The notes: generated by a model not told the origin, from the sequence alone. A stretch of DNA of 64,000 nt from Nitrospirales bacterium (GCA_965203295.1 CBDBCZ010000019.1:2768051-2832050); one strand, 5' to 3'; positions 52,466 through 63,954 are shown, counted from the first letter of the stretch. Numbers and translations: made by a program.

Positions 52466-53815
52466 TTAGACTTTCCCTATCTCGTCCTTAAGACTCTCTA
52501 TGGCTGCTCGCAGGCTGTGGTTCGACTCCAAGGACTTTTCAATTTGTTTACATGCATGCATAATCGTTGTATGGTCTTTTCCCCCAAATTCTCTTCCAAT
52601 TTCTGGAAACGAAGAGTTTGTCAATTCCCGACAGAGGAACATCGCAATCTGCCGTGGTTGAATGAGCGTTTTTGTACGTCTTTTGGATTTCAACTCCGAG
52701 ACCTTGACATGATATTTCTTGGCGACACTGTCCTGCACATCCTGAGTAGTGATCACTTTTTTCTGGCTCCCCAAAAGATCCACAAGAACGTGTTTGGCCA
52801 TGTCTACCGTTATCGTTTTTCCAATAAGGGAGGCATAGGCACCTAGTCGTATCAGGGCACCTTCGAGTTCTCTGATGTTGTTATTTAACCCGTGCGCAAG
52901 CTGATGGAGAACGTCATCTCCAATGATAATGCCCTCTTCGTCTGACTTCTTTCGAAGAATGGCTATTCGGGTTTCCACATCAGGTTGCTGCAGGTCGGCA
53001 ATGAGTCCCCATTCAAAACGGGATCGCAACCTTTCCTCCATAGATGGCATATCCTTGGGAAATCGATCACTTGAAAGCACGATTTGCTTGTGAGCTTCAT
53101 AGAGTGTGTTAAACGTATGAAAAAATTCCTCTTGTGTCCGTTCCTTACCCGCCAAAAACTGAATGTCATCAATCAACAACATATCGACGCTTCGATATCG
53201 CTTTCTTAGCTCAATCATTTTGTCGTAACGGATTGAGTTAATCACTTCATTTGTGAACTGCTCCGTCGTCACGTAGGCAATTCGCAGATCTCCGTTCCTT
53301 GCTGCAAAATTTCCGATCGAATTCAATAAATGCGTTTTTCCCAATCCCACTCCCCCATAAATGAAGAATGGGTTGTAGGCTCGCCCTGGGGCTTCTGCAA
53401 CGGCAAGGCTGGCGGCGTGAGCGAATTGATTACTGGCTCCCACGACAAAATTATCAAAGGTATACTTTGGGTTAAATAATGGCCTTCGCCGCGTTCTTCC
53501 ACGTAATGCTTCCTGATCACTCTCATCAGCTTTTCTCACATTCGTGGGAGCCTTCCCTGAGGTTTCATCTACGACAAACATCACGTCTAATTCCCTTTCA
53601 CCAACTCCCGCGATAGACTGAAAGGCTTCTCCTAATACCTCACGATAGTTTCGAGAAAACCATTCACCAAAGAATTTATTGGGTACAAGGATTGTGACCG
53701 TTGATCCTTGAATTTCTCCAAACCTCACAGGTTCGAACCAGGTATCAACAACATCTTTCCCTAATCGAGCTTCGATAAATCCAAGGGTCTCTTCCCAAAC
53801 ATTTTGACCCCCCAC
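52466..53815 (-). CDS. dnaA: Chromosomal replication initiator DnaA
   Basis: YTFDNFVVG, GGVGLGKTHL, DDIQF, RELEGAL, GGKDHTT. Confidence 0.98.
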   Translation of the reverse strand: MGGQNVWEETLGFIEARLGKDVVDTWFEPVRFGEIQGSTVTILVPNKFFGEWFSRNYREVLGEAFQSIAGVGERELDVMFVVDETSGKAPTNVRKADESDQEALRGRTRRRPLFNPKYTFDNFVVGASNQFAHAASLAVAEAPGRAYNPFFIYGGVGLGKTHLLNSIGNFAARNGDLRIAYVTTEQFTNEVINSIRYDKMIELRKRYRSVDMLLIDDIQFLAGKERTQEEFFHTFNTLYEAHKQIVLSSDRFPKDMPSMEERLRSRFEWGLIADLQQPDVETRIAILRKKSDEEGIIIGDDVLHQLAHGLNNNIRELEGALIRLGAYASLIGKTITVDMAKHVLVDLLGSQKKVITTQDVQDSVAKKYHVKVSELKSKRRTKTLIQPRQIAMFLCRELTNSSFPEIGREFGGKDHTTIMHACKQIEKSLESNHSLRAAIESLKDEIGKV

Positions 53816-53829
53816 AACTCAAACCTCCC

Positions 53830-54115
53830 AATTATTCACAACTTTATCAACACCTGTGGATAATAATATTTCATAATATTCCGCTGTTTATGACACCTTG
53901 TACCTGCCATTGTTCATCCACATGCCATACACGGAACACCCGAGATATTTCCAGATAACACCCCCTCTATACTGCACAGATTATCCACTCTTCACCTATC
54001 GATTTTTTCTTTCCTAGAGGTACTTTTCCCATTTTTCCTCTCTATTCATATCTTTTACTCCCTTCTCTATTCTTACTATACTTTTTCTTTCCTAGGTAAT
54101 TTAAATCGTAAGAGA
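53830..54115. other. Probable oriC: DnaA-box cluster plus an AT/pyrimidine-rich tract
   Basis: TTATTCACA 53832, TTATCAACA 53844, TGTGGATAA 53855, TCATCCACA 53914, TTATCCACT 53981. Housekeeping genes diverge here, and by eye the + strand changes from C-rich to G-rich. Confidence 0.8.
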
Positions 54116-54126
54116 GAAAAGAATCT

Positions 54127-54387
54127 TTACACAGTAATGACCATATCTGCCTCAAAGATCATTTGAAGCATACCATGATAATCAATACTTGGGAATGAAG
54201 AAATCTTCTCTTGTGAAACAGATGTATCTTCAAGAAGAAAACATCTTTCAGGCAGTGAAGATTCGAGTTCCTTTGAAGCTGTATAAGTCAACAAAAATGA
54301 GATAGAAATTTGATCTAACACATCCGAGGCTAAAGGCAAAAAGGGTGTAGATATTGGGCGTGTGAGTATATAAAGGATCTTTTTCAT
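54127..54387 (-). CDS. Small DsrH/TusB-like protein
   Basis: KKILYILT...IDYHGMLQMIFEADMVITV; follows a DsrE/F-like gene. Confidence 0.5.
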   Translation of the reverse strand: MKKILYILTRPISTPFLPLASDVLDQISISFLLTYTASKELESSLPERCFLLEDTSVSQEKISSFPSIDYHGMLQMIFEADMVITV

Positions 54388-54406
54388 CGGGAAATGAAAT
54401 AACGCC

Positions 54407-54751
54407 TTAGAATATCAAAACCTTATCAGCAGTCATCAAAAAAGAAGATATGTACTGAGAAGAGACTTCCTGAACCGAAAAACTTGGGTCAACGGCGAAC
54501 TCAGAAAGCGTTCCATCTGGGACGAGAATGGGAATTTCCAGTTCCTGAATGACCGGGAGATGTTTTTCTATGATCTCTCCGTCAAGTGCCTCGATCGCTT
54601 CGTCAGTCAACAGGGAACAGGCTGACCCGAGTAAAATGATCGTCAGGGGATTTGGACCAGTAGAAAGGCCTAAGGCAATACGGAGACCCTCGGCTGCCAG
54701 GTGGGTCTGGTGTGGATCCTCTTGAACTAGAACAACAATAGTGCCCGGCAT
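54407..54751 (-). CDS. DsrE/DsrF-like protein
   Basis: IVVLVQEDP...AAEGLRIALGL...ADKVLIF. Confidence 0.7.
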   Translation of the reverse strand: MPGTIVVLVQEDPHQTHLAAEGLRIALGLSTGPNPLTIILLGSACSLLTDEAIEALDGEIIEKHLPVIQELEIPILVPDGTLSEFAVDPSFSVQEVSSQYISSFLMTADKVLIF

Positions 54752-54983
54752 CGCCGATTTAGAAGAATCCCATAATGTAATTACGCGTCGAAATTTTGTG
54801 GAGTAAACTCTCTGAGAGGAACGCCTATATTTAAGGAAAAAACAGAATCCTGAAGAATCGTCAGAATAGGGGTGCGTGAGTCTATAAAATTAAAGGAATG
54901 TCGAAATTAGTGGCTTTCCACGAGATCGTAAAAAAGAAGAAAAAATATACCTGTGGGTAGTGAAAATTGTCAAGAAAACCAAT

Positions 54984-56246
54984 TCAACCCAAAGAAGAGA
55001 GAACGCGTTCTGCGAGCATTTTGGTAGCTGATTGGAGGGGCATCGTTTCTTGGTTTTTTGAGTTCATATTTCGTAGGAGAATCTCACCTCTTTCTACTTC
55101 GTCGTCGCCGATGATGACGGTCAAAGAAGCTCCTAGGCGGTTGGCGGTTCGAAGAAGATTTTTTAGAGAGGTAGCCTGATAATCAGTTTCGGAGGGAACT
55201 CCCAATGACCGCAATTCAGCTAAGAGACTGACACCAATCTGAAACCCCTTGGGTCCAAAGCCAGCGACAAAGACTAAAGGATCAAGAGGGGTAAGGACAT
55301 GATCAGGGAGAGATAAGAGGACGCGGTCAAGACCAACGGCAAATCCAATTGCCGGGGTTGGTTTACCACCAAGGGTTTCAAATAAGGTGTCGTAACGGCC
55401 TCCTGCTCCAATAGCATTTTGGGCTCCTAGGGTCGAACAGGTGACTTCAAAGGTTGTCTGGGAATAATAATCAAGGCCTCTCACCAATCGAGGGTTTAAC
55501 GTATACGGAATGGTGACGCGATCGAGACCGTTAAGAACCTCCTGAAAATGAGAAGAAGAGCTCGCCGAGAGAAAATCCTGAAGAGAGGGAGCTGCTACTA
55601 TGACCTCTCGACATTGTGGCATTTTACAATCCAGAACTCTCAGAGGATTAGAGGTCTGTCGCCTTTGGCAGTTTTGACAAAGACGGTCTTGGTGAACCTT
55701 GAGAAAGGGGACCAAAGCCTGCTTGAAATTCTGACGATCCAACAGCGTTCCCAGAGAATTGATCTCCAATATCAAATCTGGAAGATGGAGAGTACCGAAG
55801 AAGTTCCAAAGTAAGGAAATCACCTCAACATCGACGAGAGGGTGGGGATTCCCGACCGCTTCGACTCCAAATTGGTGAAATTGACGAAAACGCCCGGCCT
55901 GTGGTCGTTCATGACGAAACATCGGACCAAGGTAAAAAAGCTTCTGGAAAGCGATATTGGTGCCCATATGATGTTCAATAAAGGCTCGGACGACTCCGGC
56001 AGTTCCTTCAGGTCTGAGAGTCAATGAGGTCCCGTCTTTGTCTGGAAAGGTATACATCTCTTTTTCCACCACGTCTGTGGTTCCCCCAATACTCCTGACA
56101 AAAAGGTCCGTTTGTTCAAAAACTGGGATTCGGATTTCTCGGAATCCATAGCTCCTGGCAAGCCGGTGTGCTGTTCGTTCCACGACGTTCCAACGGGGAA
56201 GGTCATCGGGTAAAATGTCTTTTACGCCCTTAATTCCGCGGTACAC
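54984..56246 (-). CDS. hisS: Histidine-tRNA ligase
   Basis: LRPEGTAG, FRHERPQAGRFRQF, LVRGLDYY, GGRYD. Confidence 0.97.
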   Translation of the reverse strand: MYRGIKGVKDILPDDLPRWNVVERTAHRLARSYGFREIRIPVFEQTDLFVRSIGGTTDVVEKEMYTFPDKDGTSLTLRPEGTAGVVRAFIEHHMGTNIAFQKLFYLGPMFRHERPQAGRFRQFHQFGVEAVGNPHPLVDVEVISLLWNFFGTLHLPDLILEINSLGTLLDRQNFKQALVPFLKVHQDRLCQNCQRRQTSNPLRVLDCKMPQCREVIVAAPSLQDFLSASSSSHFQEVLNGLDRVTIPYTLNPRLVRGLDYYSQTTFEVTCSTLGAQNAIGAGGRYDTLFETLGGKPTPAIGFAVGLDRVLLSLPDHVLTPLDPLVFVAGFGPKGFQIGVSLLAELRSLGVPSETDYQATSLKNLLRTANRLGASLTVIIGDDEVERGEILLRNMNSKNQETMPLQSATKMLAERVLSSLG

Positions 56247-56390
56247 AGAATCACTCCTTCGACCGAATTCATGAGGGAACTTATTGAATATATTAGGGGA
56301 ATTGCAACAGAGTCAATTCGAAAAGGCCAGAGCCGTTTGTATTCGAAATGGCCGATTCACCTGGACAGGCGAACAGGTGAGAGGTCTTAA

Positions 56391-56419
56391 TTGACAGAGA
56401 ACGCGATCGCCCCTAAAAT
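56391..56419 (+). promoter_or_regulatory. Sigma70 promoter of the rpmH operon
   Basis: TTGACA, 17 nt spacer, TAAAAT. Confidence 0.75.
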
Positions 56420-56461
56420 TGAAGTTTCGCCAAGAACCAGAAAAGGAGAGAATACAGAGCC

Positions 56462-56608
56462 ATGTCGATGACCTTCAGACAGCCAACTAATCTAAAGAGA
56501 AAGCGGGATCACGGTTTTAGAAAGAGAATGAGCACAAAGAATGGGCGGAAGGTATTAGCCCGCCGCCGGAAAAAAGGCAGACATCGGCTGACCGTCTCGG
56601 ATGAATAA
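56462..56608 (+). CDS. rpmH: 50S ribosomal protein L34 (not in the ORF track)
   Basis: [48 protein letters not shown]. Confidence 0.96.
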   Translation: MSMTFRQPTNLKRKRDHGFRKRMSTKNGRKVLARRRKKGRHRLTVSDE

Positions 56609-56993
56609 CACATCTCTATCCTCGAAAGGGCTGTTTCTCAAGAAGAAAGTAGCGTTTGACAGCGTCAAGAAGAGGGGAAAGAGATACAAAACTGCCCTAT
56701 TCACGATAGTTTCTGAGAAAACTTCTTTGGGGCGAGCCCGAATGGGAATTATCGTCAGCCGTCGTTTTGGGAATGCGGTGACAAGGAATAGGGGAAAAAG
56801 AATCTTTCGAGAGCTAAGCCGACTGACCCAACATAAAATTGGAGATGGTTGGGATATCGTCATATTCCCCCGAAGTGCAGCGCTTTCTGTTGACCCTCAA
56901 GAATTATGGAATACCTGGAAATTCGCCCTCAGCTATAATGGCCTCCTGAATTCCGTTTCAAACCTCTCGTGCGGCACATCATCCTCACCGTAA
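56601..56993 (+). CDS. rnpA: Ribonuclease P protein component
   Basis: [21 protein letters not shown]; synteny. Confidence 0.93.
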   Translation: MNNTSLSSKGLFLKKKVAFDSVKKRGKRYKTALFTIVSEKTSLGRARMGIIVSRRFGNAVTRNRGKRIFRELSRLTQHKIGDGWDIVIFPRSAALSVDPQELWNTWKFALSYNGLLNSVSNLSCGTSSSP

Positions 56994-57196
56994 TCAGATT
57001 TTACCAACATTGGATTTCGCCCCTCTTAGGGCCACGCTGTCGGTTTAATCCTTCCTGTTCCCAGTATTGTTTCGAGGCGGTTCAATCATATGGGATGTTG
57101 AGGGGGTTGATGATGACCGTTGTAAGACTTCTGAAGTGCCACCCTCTTCATCCTGGGGGAATTGACCCTGTTCCTAAGGGGAAGCGGTCCGCCTAA
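56969..57196 (+). CDS. yidD: Membrane protein insertion efficiency factor
   Basis: [34 protein letters not shown]. Confidence 0.94.
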   Translation: MRHIILTVIRFYQHWISPLLGPRCRFNPSCSQYCFEAVQSYGMLRGLMMTVVRLLKCHPLHPGGIDPVPKGKRSA

Positions 57197-57289
57197 CGTA
57201 ATTTGTAGATTCCGGCCATTCTATTGTTAAGTCACCCTCCATCGAGAGAAAGATGAAATATGCTAACCAGAGGTGGAGTTCTTAAATAA

Positions 57290-59023
57290 ATGGAAAAGCG
57301 AGTCGTTCTTTTCCTTGTTTTTTCACTTGCCATCATTTTTGGTTATGACTTCTTGATGAAGCAGCTGGGGCTCATTCCAGTCGATTCTTCCGAATCTCAG
57401 AACCAAGCAGAACAACAAATAGAGAAATTCAGCTCAGAGTCACCAGAACTGAGCGCTTCCGATGGTCAAGACGGGAATGTTGGGAAACTCGACATTGAGG
57501 GGCTTGAAGATTCCACACCCTCCGCCAGTTCAGAGAGTGAGGAGATCATAGAAACTCCTCTTTTTCAAGCCAAGATTAGCAATCGGGGTGTAGAAATTCG
57601 GAGCTGGAGTTTAAAAAAATACCTGACACAGAATTCCGACGATCCCCAACCTATTGAGATGGTCTACTCCGAAGGTCACTTTGCCGGACCCCTCGCATTG
57701 CAGACTGGGGACGCTGAACTGAATACAACGCTTCGAGAAAGTCTTTTTGAAGTGAAAAGAGATTTTGATGTCCTGGATTCGAGCCATCCCATCGGTCACT
57801 TGGTTTATTCCTTTCGGTCTCCTGATGGTGGAATATGGATCAAAAAACAATTCACCTTTCACTACGATTCCTACCTCGTTGATGTTGCCATCACCTCTCA
57901 GGGCCTCTCTCAAGAAATTGAAGTTCTTCTAGGAACCAATTTTGGGGTCGTGGAATGGGGACAAGGATTCATCGGGTTGGTCGGGCCAGCCTGGATGATC
58001 GGAGACACATTGGAAAAGGAGACTCCTGAGAATGAATTGACTCGAACTGGCGATGTTCGATGGGCAGCTCTTCAGGACAAGTATTTTATCAGCGTGATCA
58101 TCCCCAAGGAGGCTACAGGGGTTACGGCTAAAAAGGAAGTTGAGGGCGTCACATCGGCCGGAGTTCAGTTTCCCCTGTCTCGAGGAGAAACGACCCTTTC
58201 ATTTCAACTATTCGCCGGACCAAAGCAATTTGAATTACTCAAGTCTTTTGGGATTGGCCTGGAGAATACCATAGACTTTGGGTGGTTTATTTATGGAACG
58301 TGGAGAATTGTTGAATATGTGGCCAAACCACTGTTTTATGTCCTTCTATTCTTGTACGACTACACCCAAAATTACGGAGTCTCTATTATTCTCCTAACCG
58401 TATTAATCAAGCTTCTGTTTGTTCCTCTCCAATACAAAAGCTACAAATCAATGCAGGGCATGCAGAAAATTCAACCCAAAGTTGCGGTCCTGCAAGCAAA
58501 GTTTAAGGATGACCGGGAGAAGCTCAATAAGGAATTGATCAAGTTGTACAAGGAACATAAGGTCAACCCCGTTGGGGGCTGTCTTCCCATGGTGTTACAA
58601 ATGCCAGCCTTTATTTCCCTCTTTAACATTTTGTATATGACCGTCGATCTCCGCCAGGCCCCCTTCTTCCTATGGATTACGGATCTCTCCATCCAAGATC
58701 CTTATTATGTCCTACCCGTACTCATGGGAGTTTCTATGGTTGTGCAACAGAAAATCATGCCTACCACCATGGACCCAACTCAAGCAAAAATGATGTTGCT
58801 TCTTCCAGTTTTCCTAACGTTTCTGTTTGTCACCTTTCCCGCCGGATTAGTCCTCTACTGGCTGACCAATAACGTCCTGACCATTACACAACAATTTGTG
58901 ACGGATCGTTTCGTTTTGAAACGACATATCGTTGAGGCAGTGGCAGGCGACGAGAAGGTTCCCTCCAAGGAAGAAAAAGAATCCAATAAAGGAAGTAAAA
59001 AGAAGAAGGGTGAGGCCGAATAA
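57290..59023 (+). CDS. yidC: Membrane protein insertase YidC
   Basis: IDFGWF, GGCLPMVLQMP, WITDLS..DPYY, GLVLYW. Confidence 0.96.
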   Translation: MEKRVVLFLVFSLAIIFGYDFLMKQLGLIPVDSSESQNQAEQQIEKFSSESPELSASDGQDGNVGKLDIEGLEDSTPSASSESEEIIETPLFQAKISNRGVEIRSWSLKKYLTQNSDDPQPIEMVYSEGHFAGPLALQTGDAELNTTLRESLFEVKRDFDVLDSSHPIGHLVYSFRSPDGGIWIKKQFTFHYDSYLVDVAITSQGLSQEIEVLLGTNFGVVEWGQGFIGLVGPAWMIGDTLEKETPENELTRTGDVRWAALQDKYFISVIIPKEATGVTAKKEVEGVTSAGVQFPLSRGETTLSFQLFAGPKQFELLKSFGIGLENTIDFGWFIYGTWRIVEYVAKPLFYVLLFLYDYTQNYGVSIILLTVLIKLLFVPLQYKSYKSMQGMQKIQPKVAVLQAKFKDDREKLNKELIKLYKEHKVNPVGGCLPMVLQMPAFISLFNILYMTVDLRQAPFFLWITDLSIQDPYYVLPVLMGVSMVVQQKIMPTTMDPTQAKMMLLLPVFLTFLFVTFPAGLVLYWLTNNVLTITQQFVTDRFVLKRHIVEAVAGDEKVPSKEEKESNKGSKKKKGEAE

Positions 59024-59056
59024 GGCTCCCAACCCACCCATATCCCAAAGGTTGGT

Positions 59057-60502
59057 ATGACCGTCCCTCTCGACGACACGATTTGTGCAGTTGCGACACC
59101 TTCGGGTGAGGGAGGAATTGGTATCATTCGGCTAAGTGGGAATGCAGCCGTTTTCATCGCGAGGAAGATAGTGAGGATTCGATCTGGAGTTTCACTGGAA
59201 TTGGCAGAAAATCACCGCATGTATATGGGTGATGTGTTCTCAGGAAGTCCCGAAGAAAAGGACGCACAAAAATCGATCCCTCTTGATGAAGCGTTGATTG
59301 TCGTCATGCGATCACCGCGATCGTATACAGGAGAAGATGTCATTGAAATTCATACACATGGAGGTCCGTTAGTATTGGAATCGATCTGTGACGTGTTGAT
59401 TCGTGAGGGTGCGAGACTCGCAGAACCAGGGGAATTCACTAAACGGGCTTTTTTGAATGGTCGGCTTGACCTGACCCAAGCCGAGGCAGTCTTAGATACC
59501 ATTCAGGCAACCACTTCAAGCAGCCTTAAGGCTGCGCAATGCCAACTACGAGGTGTCTTAGCGGGTGAAGTCGACCGCCTTCGAAGCGAAATCATTCGGC
59601 TCCTGGCTCATATTGAGGCCGGCATGGATTTCGTAGAGGAGGACATATCCTTTATTGAAATGACAGAACTGAGTTCCTCGCTGCAATGCGTGAACGATGA
59701 CCTGTCCAAGCTGTTGGATTCCTTTAAGGAAGGCCGAATTATTCGCGAAGGAATTAAGGTGGCCATCATCGGCTGCCCAAACGTGGGAAAGTCTAGCCTT
59801 CTGAATTCCTTATTGCGTGTGGACCGGGCCATTGTTTCGCCTCAAGCTGGTACGACTCGTGATGTTTTAGATGAAGTCGTCAGTATTAAAGGGGTGGCTG
59901 TTCGAGTTGTGGATACGGCTGGGTTACGTGAGGCGAGAGACCCCATAGAAGGAGAAGGTGTTCGCAGAACGCGTGCGGCGATCTCAGAAGCCGATCTGTT
60001 ATTGGTGGTCATAGACTCCTCTCGACCCCTGACAGAGGAAGATACGAAGATATTAAGAGAACACGGCTCCTATCCCCTGCTAGTCGTTTTGAATAAAAGA
60101 GATCTTCCTCCAGAAATTATCGAGCAAGATGTCGAGCATCACCTCAACATCACGTCCGTCCAAAGTACGAATAACCAAGAAAAAGTGCCCGTAGTATGGT
60201 TGTCTGCTAAAACAGGTGTGGGTGTTGAAGAACTCCGAGAAACAATCAGGGCTCAAGTTCTCCGGAATGGTTTTGAGCCAGGGGCGTCGATTCTCGTGAC
60301 AAAGCTGCGCCATCAGTCAGCTTTACAAAGAGCCAAGGATGCTATTCTGCAAGCATTAGTTTCTTTGGAAAAGCAGATGGCTGGGGAATGTTTAGCGGTA
60401 GACCTTCGTACGGCTTTGGACTGCCTAGGAGAAATAACGGGTGAGGTGAATCATGAGGATATACTTGATAGAATCTTTCGGGATTTTTGTATAGGAAAAT
60501 AA
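59057..60502 (+). CDS. mnmE: tRNA modification GTPase MnmE
   Basis: SYTGED, PGEFTKRAFLNGR, GTTRD, DTAG, FCIGK. Confidence 0.96.
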   Translation: MTVPLDDTICAVATPSGEGGIGIIRLSGNAAVFIARKIVRIRSGVSLELAENHRMYMGDVFSGSPEEKDAQKSIPLDEALIVVMRSPRSYTGEDVIEIHTHGGPLVLESICDVLIREGARLAEPGEFTKRAFLNGRLDLTQAEAVLDTIQATTSSSLKAAQCQLRGVLAGEVDRLRSEIIRLLAHIEAGMDFVEEDISFIEMTELSSSLQCVNDDLSKLLDSFKEGRIIREGIKVAIIGCPNVGKSSLLNSLLRVDRAIVSPQAGTTRDVLDEVVSIKGVAVRVVDTAGLREARDPIEGEGVRRTRAAISEADLLLVVIDSSRPLTEEDTKILREHGSYPLLVVLNKRDLPPEIIEQDVEHHLNITSVQSTNNQEKVPVVWLSAKTGVGVEELRETIRAQVLRNGFEPGASILVTKLRHQSALQRAKDAILQALVSLEKQMAGECLAVDLRTALDCLGEITGEVNHEDILDRIFRDFCIGK

Positions 60503-60537
60503 GATAGGAAAATAAGAACGGTTGGAGACATCGTGCT

Positions 60538-62436
60538 ATGGCTCTTGAGCGAGATATCATTGTCATCGGTGGTGGACATGCTGGGTGCGAAGCTGCATTG
60601 GCTGCAGCCCGTATGGGATGTCGAGTGGTTCTTGTGACCTTGGATCCAGAAAAGATTGCGCAAATGCCATGTAATCCTGCCATTGGTGGGATTGCGAAGG
60701 GACATTTGGTGAAAGAGATCGATGCGCTGGGCGGAGAAATGGGCGTCAATACTGATCAGTCTGGAATCCAATTCCGAATGCTCAATACCAAAAAAGGACC
60801 TGCCGTTAGAGCTCTACGAGTCCAATGCGATAAAGCCCTCTATCGAAAAAGCATGCAAAATACCCTAGGTAATACAACTGGGATTGAAATGGTTCGAGGG
60901 ACAGTTGACCGAATTCTGACTCGAAATGGAGAAGTATCGGGAGTGATCACCGATTCGGGACAAGAGATTTCAGCACGAGCCGTTATCATCACGTCCGGAA
61001 CCTTTTTGAAAGGCTTGATCCACATCGGATTGAATCAACTGCCAGCGGGAAGGGCCGGGGAAGCCCCTGCCGAACATTTATCTGATTGCATGCGGGACTT
61101 TGGGTTTGAGATCGGAAGGTTAAAAACGGGTACTCCGCCTAGATTAGATAAGAGCTCTATAGACTTTACCCTTCTTGAAGATCAGCCTGGAGATACTCCC
61201 CCAAGGCCTTTTTCCTATAGAACTGAGGAAATTTCCAACCCACAGATCTCGTGCCATTTAACCTATACCAATGAAGAAACGCACAAAATCATTCGTGAGA
61301 ATTTAGACCGATCTCCTATGTATTCCGGAGTCATTGATTCGGTGGGCCCACGCTATTGTCCATCGATAGAAGATAAGGTCGTGAGATTTGCCGACAAACT
61401 CCGACACCAAATCTTTCTTGAACCAGAGGAATTGCACTCCCCCTCCTATTACCCGAATGGAATTTCAACCAGTTTACCGGTAGATGTTCAAGCAGCCATT
61501 CTCCAGACCATACCAGGCCTTGAGGACGCTAGAATGCTTAAACCCGGTTACGCAATTGAATATGACTATTTTCCCCCGAGGCAATTGCACCCGACCTTGG
61601 AAACAAAGCTTGTTAAAGGTCTGTATCATGCTGGTCAAATTAACGGGACGTCTGGGTATGAGGAAGCTGCAGCCCAGGGAATCATGGCAGGCATCAACGC
61701 TGCCCTGAGATTCAAGAATCAGCCACCACTCAACCTCGATCGTTCCCAAGCCTATATCGGAGTGCTCATCGATGATCTGATCACCAAAGATGCCAGAGAA
61801 CCTTACAGGATGTTCACCTCCAGGGCTGAATACAGACTTTTACTTAGAGAAGATAACGTAGGCACGCGCCTGCTGAAGATAGGTTATGATTTGGGGCTTG
61901 TTCCAGAACATACTTATTCAAATTTTTTACGTAAACAAGAACGGATAGAAAAGGAGATTGAACGTTTAAGAACGACAACCCCTGATTGGGATGATAAGCT
62001 GAAAATTCGATGGCGGGATTTTAACGAGCACGAGCCAGGGATGAATCTTTCTCTTGCACAGCTTTTAAAGCGACCGGAAATAACTCTGTCAAAGTTATCA
62101 GAGTTAATAGGGTTAGCTGTTGAGGAAGATCAGACAGTCCAAGAAGCAGTAGAAATCAGCATCAAATACGAAGGATATATCAAAAGGCAGCTTCAGCAGA
62201 TTTCCCGATTTAAGAAATTTGAATCCAAGTCAATACCTGAAGACTTTCCCTATCAAGATTTAAAGGGTTTTTCAAAAGAGGTCATAGAAAAATTGTCAAA
62301 AGTGAGACCGGCCTCTATTGGTCAGGCTTCACGAATTTCAGGAGTTACGCCTGCGGCTATATCCCTTCTTCTGGTCGCTCTAAGCCGAACATCACAGAAC
62401 GAAACGTTGTGTCATGCAGCTCAATCCCATGATTAA
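60538..62436 (+). CDS. mnmG: tRNA U34 carboxymethylaminomethyl modification enzyme MnmG (GidA)
   Basis: [43 protein letters not shown]. Confidence 0.97.
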   Translation: MALERDIIVIGGGHAGCEAALAAARMGCRVVLVTLDPEKIAQMPCNPAIGGIAKGHLVKEIDALGGEMGVNTDQSGIQFRMLNTKKGPAVRALRVQCDKALYRKSMQNTLGNTTGIEMVRGTVDRILTRNGEVSGVITDSGQEISARAVIITSGTFLKGLIHIGLNQLPAGRAGEAPAEHLSDCMRDFGFEIGRLKTGTPPRLDKSSIDFTLLEDQPGDTPPRPFSYRTEEISNPQISCHLTYTNEETHKIIRENLDRSPMYSGVIDSVGPRYCPSIEDKVVRFADKLRHQIFLEPEELHSPSYYPNGISTSLPVDVQAAILQTIPGLEDARMLKPGYAIEYDYFPPRQLHPTLETKLVKGLYHAGQINGTSGYEEAAAQGIMAGINAALRFKNQPPLNLDRSQAYIGVLIDDLITKDAREPYRMFTSRAEYRLLLREDNVGTRLLKIGYDLGLVPEHTYSNFLRKQERIEKEIERLRTTTPDWDDKLKIRWRDFNEHEPGMNLSLAQLLKRPEITLSKLSELIGLAVEEDQTVQEAVEISIKYEGYIKRQLQQISRFKKFESKSIPEDFPYQDLKGFSKEVIEKLSKVRPASIGQASRISGVTPAAISLLLVALSRTSQNETLCHAAQSHD

Positions 62437-62601
62437 GAAAATTGCATTTCTGGGATGGCAATAAACCCGCCTTTCCTTCGTAATCGTAATTAAAATTCTG
62501 ATCAAAAATTTTCAGAATTCTACAAAAACTTCACACCCTACAGTAAAAAATTTGTAAAATCAGAGTTTCCTGACATATTCTCTCAGTGATTTTTTGATGA
62601 A

Positions 62602-62617
62602 TGTTCCACGTGGAATA
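62602..62617. promoter_or_regulatory. parS site (one mismatch)
   Basis: TGTTCCACGTGGAATA. Confidence 0.8.
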
Positions 62618-62640
62618 TTTACATAAGGTCACACTAATCA

Positions 62641-63260
62641 ATGAAAAACTTTCAAGATGCAGCGTTAGAGATGGGGTTCGATTTGAGTCCTGAAACCACA
62701 CTCAAGTTTTCTTGCTACAAAGAGGAGTTACGACTTTGGAATCGAAAGGTAAATTTGACTGGTCATTCAAAAGATGAAGACCTTGAGGTCAGCCTCTTTT
62801 TAGACTCACTGGCTTGATGAAAGGCCCTCCATTCAATCAAAGCGAAAAGAGTTCTTGATATTGGTACTGGCGCAGGTTTCCCTAGCCTGCCACTGAAAAT
62901 TGTTTTTCCAGAATTGAAGATGACTTTGGTTGAACCCACCCTCAAAAAAGCTGCCTTTCTCCATCACATCATTGGCACCTTGGACCTTCCTGACGTGACA
63001 GTTGTTACGGAAAGGATTGAAGATTTAACAAAAACGCCTGAATATCATGGGTTTTTTGATTATGTGGTGATAAAAGCATTGCGGTTAGATGTCTTTTTGC
63101 CATATCTTACACCCTTACTATAGGGAGAAAGCGAGGTGGTGATTTGCTGATCTCAATCAATTGGAAATACGAAAAAACTTTATGGGTTTGAGGTTACAAG
63201 ACATATTCCTTATGAGCTACCCAGTGATTATGGCCATAGAACGTTAACCGTTTTGAAACA
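62641..63260 (+). pseudogene. rsmG: 16S rRNA m7G527 methyltransferase RsmG (GidB) with four in-frame stops
   Basis: WNRKVNLT...FLDSLA**KAL...LDIGTGAGFP...KKAAFL. TGA TGA at 62815-62820, TAG at 63121, TGA at 63148. The 3' end is approximate. Confidence 0.9.
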
Positions 63261-63283
63261 AAACTTTTTTCAAATGGGTCAAA

Positions 63284-63299
63284 TGTTCCACGTGGAACA
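63284..63299. promoter_or_regulatory. parS site (perfect palindrome)
   Basis: TGTTCCACGTGGAACA immediately upstream of parA. Confidence 0.9.
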
Positions 63300-63330
63300 A
63301 AATTGGTCTAAAACCTTTCTAGAAACTAAA

Positions 63331-63954
63331 ATGGGAAAAATTGTTGCCATTGCCAACCAAAAGGGGGGAGTAGGAAAGACAACGACCTCAGTCAATCTCT
63401 CTGCGTCCCTCGCCCTTTCGAAGAAGTCAGTCTTATTAGTAGACCTAGATCCACAGGGAAACGCTACAAGTGGATTAGGAGTAGATTCGCTCCCCCCAAC
63501 GGTTTACGACTGCATCATCAAGAACATATCAGCAAGTGAGGCTATTCATCCAACAACAATAGCAGGGCTGAATATTATTCCAGCCAATAGCGATCTCGCA
63601 GGGGCCGAAATCGAATTAGCTGAACAAAATGGACGAGAACATGTGCTCAAAAAGTCTCTGGTGCAGGTAAAGGATCGTTTTGACATCATCATTTTAGACT
63701 GTCCGCCAGCTTTAGGCCTGCTGACAGTGAATGCCTTAGTGGCTGCGGAATCCGTATTGGTTCCAGTCCAATGTGAATATTATGCTATGGAGGGGCTTGG
63801 CAGGCTCATGAGTAACATCGAACGTGCTCGAAATTCATTTAACGCCGATTTGGCGCTAGAAGGAATCCTTTTGACTATGTGGGACTCTCGGATTACTCTA
63901 TCCCGACAAGTGTCTCAAGAAGTGCGAGATCATGCAGAAAAAAGCACTTGGTAA
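63331..63954 (+). pseudogene. parA: ParA/Soj ATPase, C-terminally truncated (207 aa)
   Basis: NQKGGVGKTT, DLDPQGNAT, DCPP, PVQCEYYAMEG. It ends at VRDH, where it runs into the parB start, and lacks the IPRNVRL.EAPS region. Confidence 0.85.

Noticed and set aside
62815..63150. In-frame TGA/TAG in rsmG (and TAG/TAA in other genes) as stop-codon recoding or Sec/Pyl insertion
   Set aside because: All three stop types occur, only in dispensable genes and alongside frameshifts; essential genes use TGA, TAG and TAA as normal stops.
63253..63330. N-terminal extension of ParA in the ORF track, or an RsmG-ParA fusion
   Set aside because: The extension translates the parS site (MFHVEQ); the ParA family start is MGKIVAIANQKGG at 63331, and rsmG is broken upstream.
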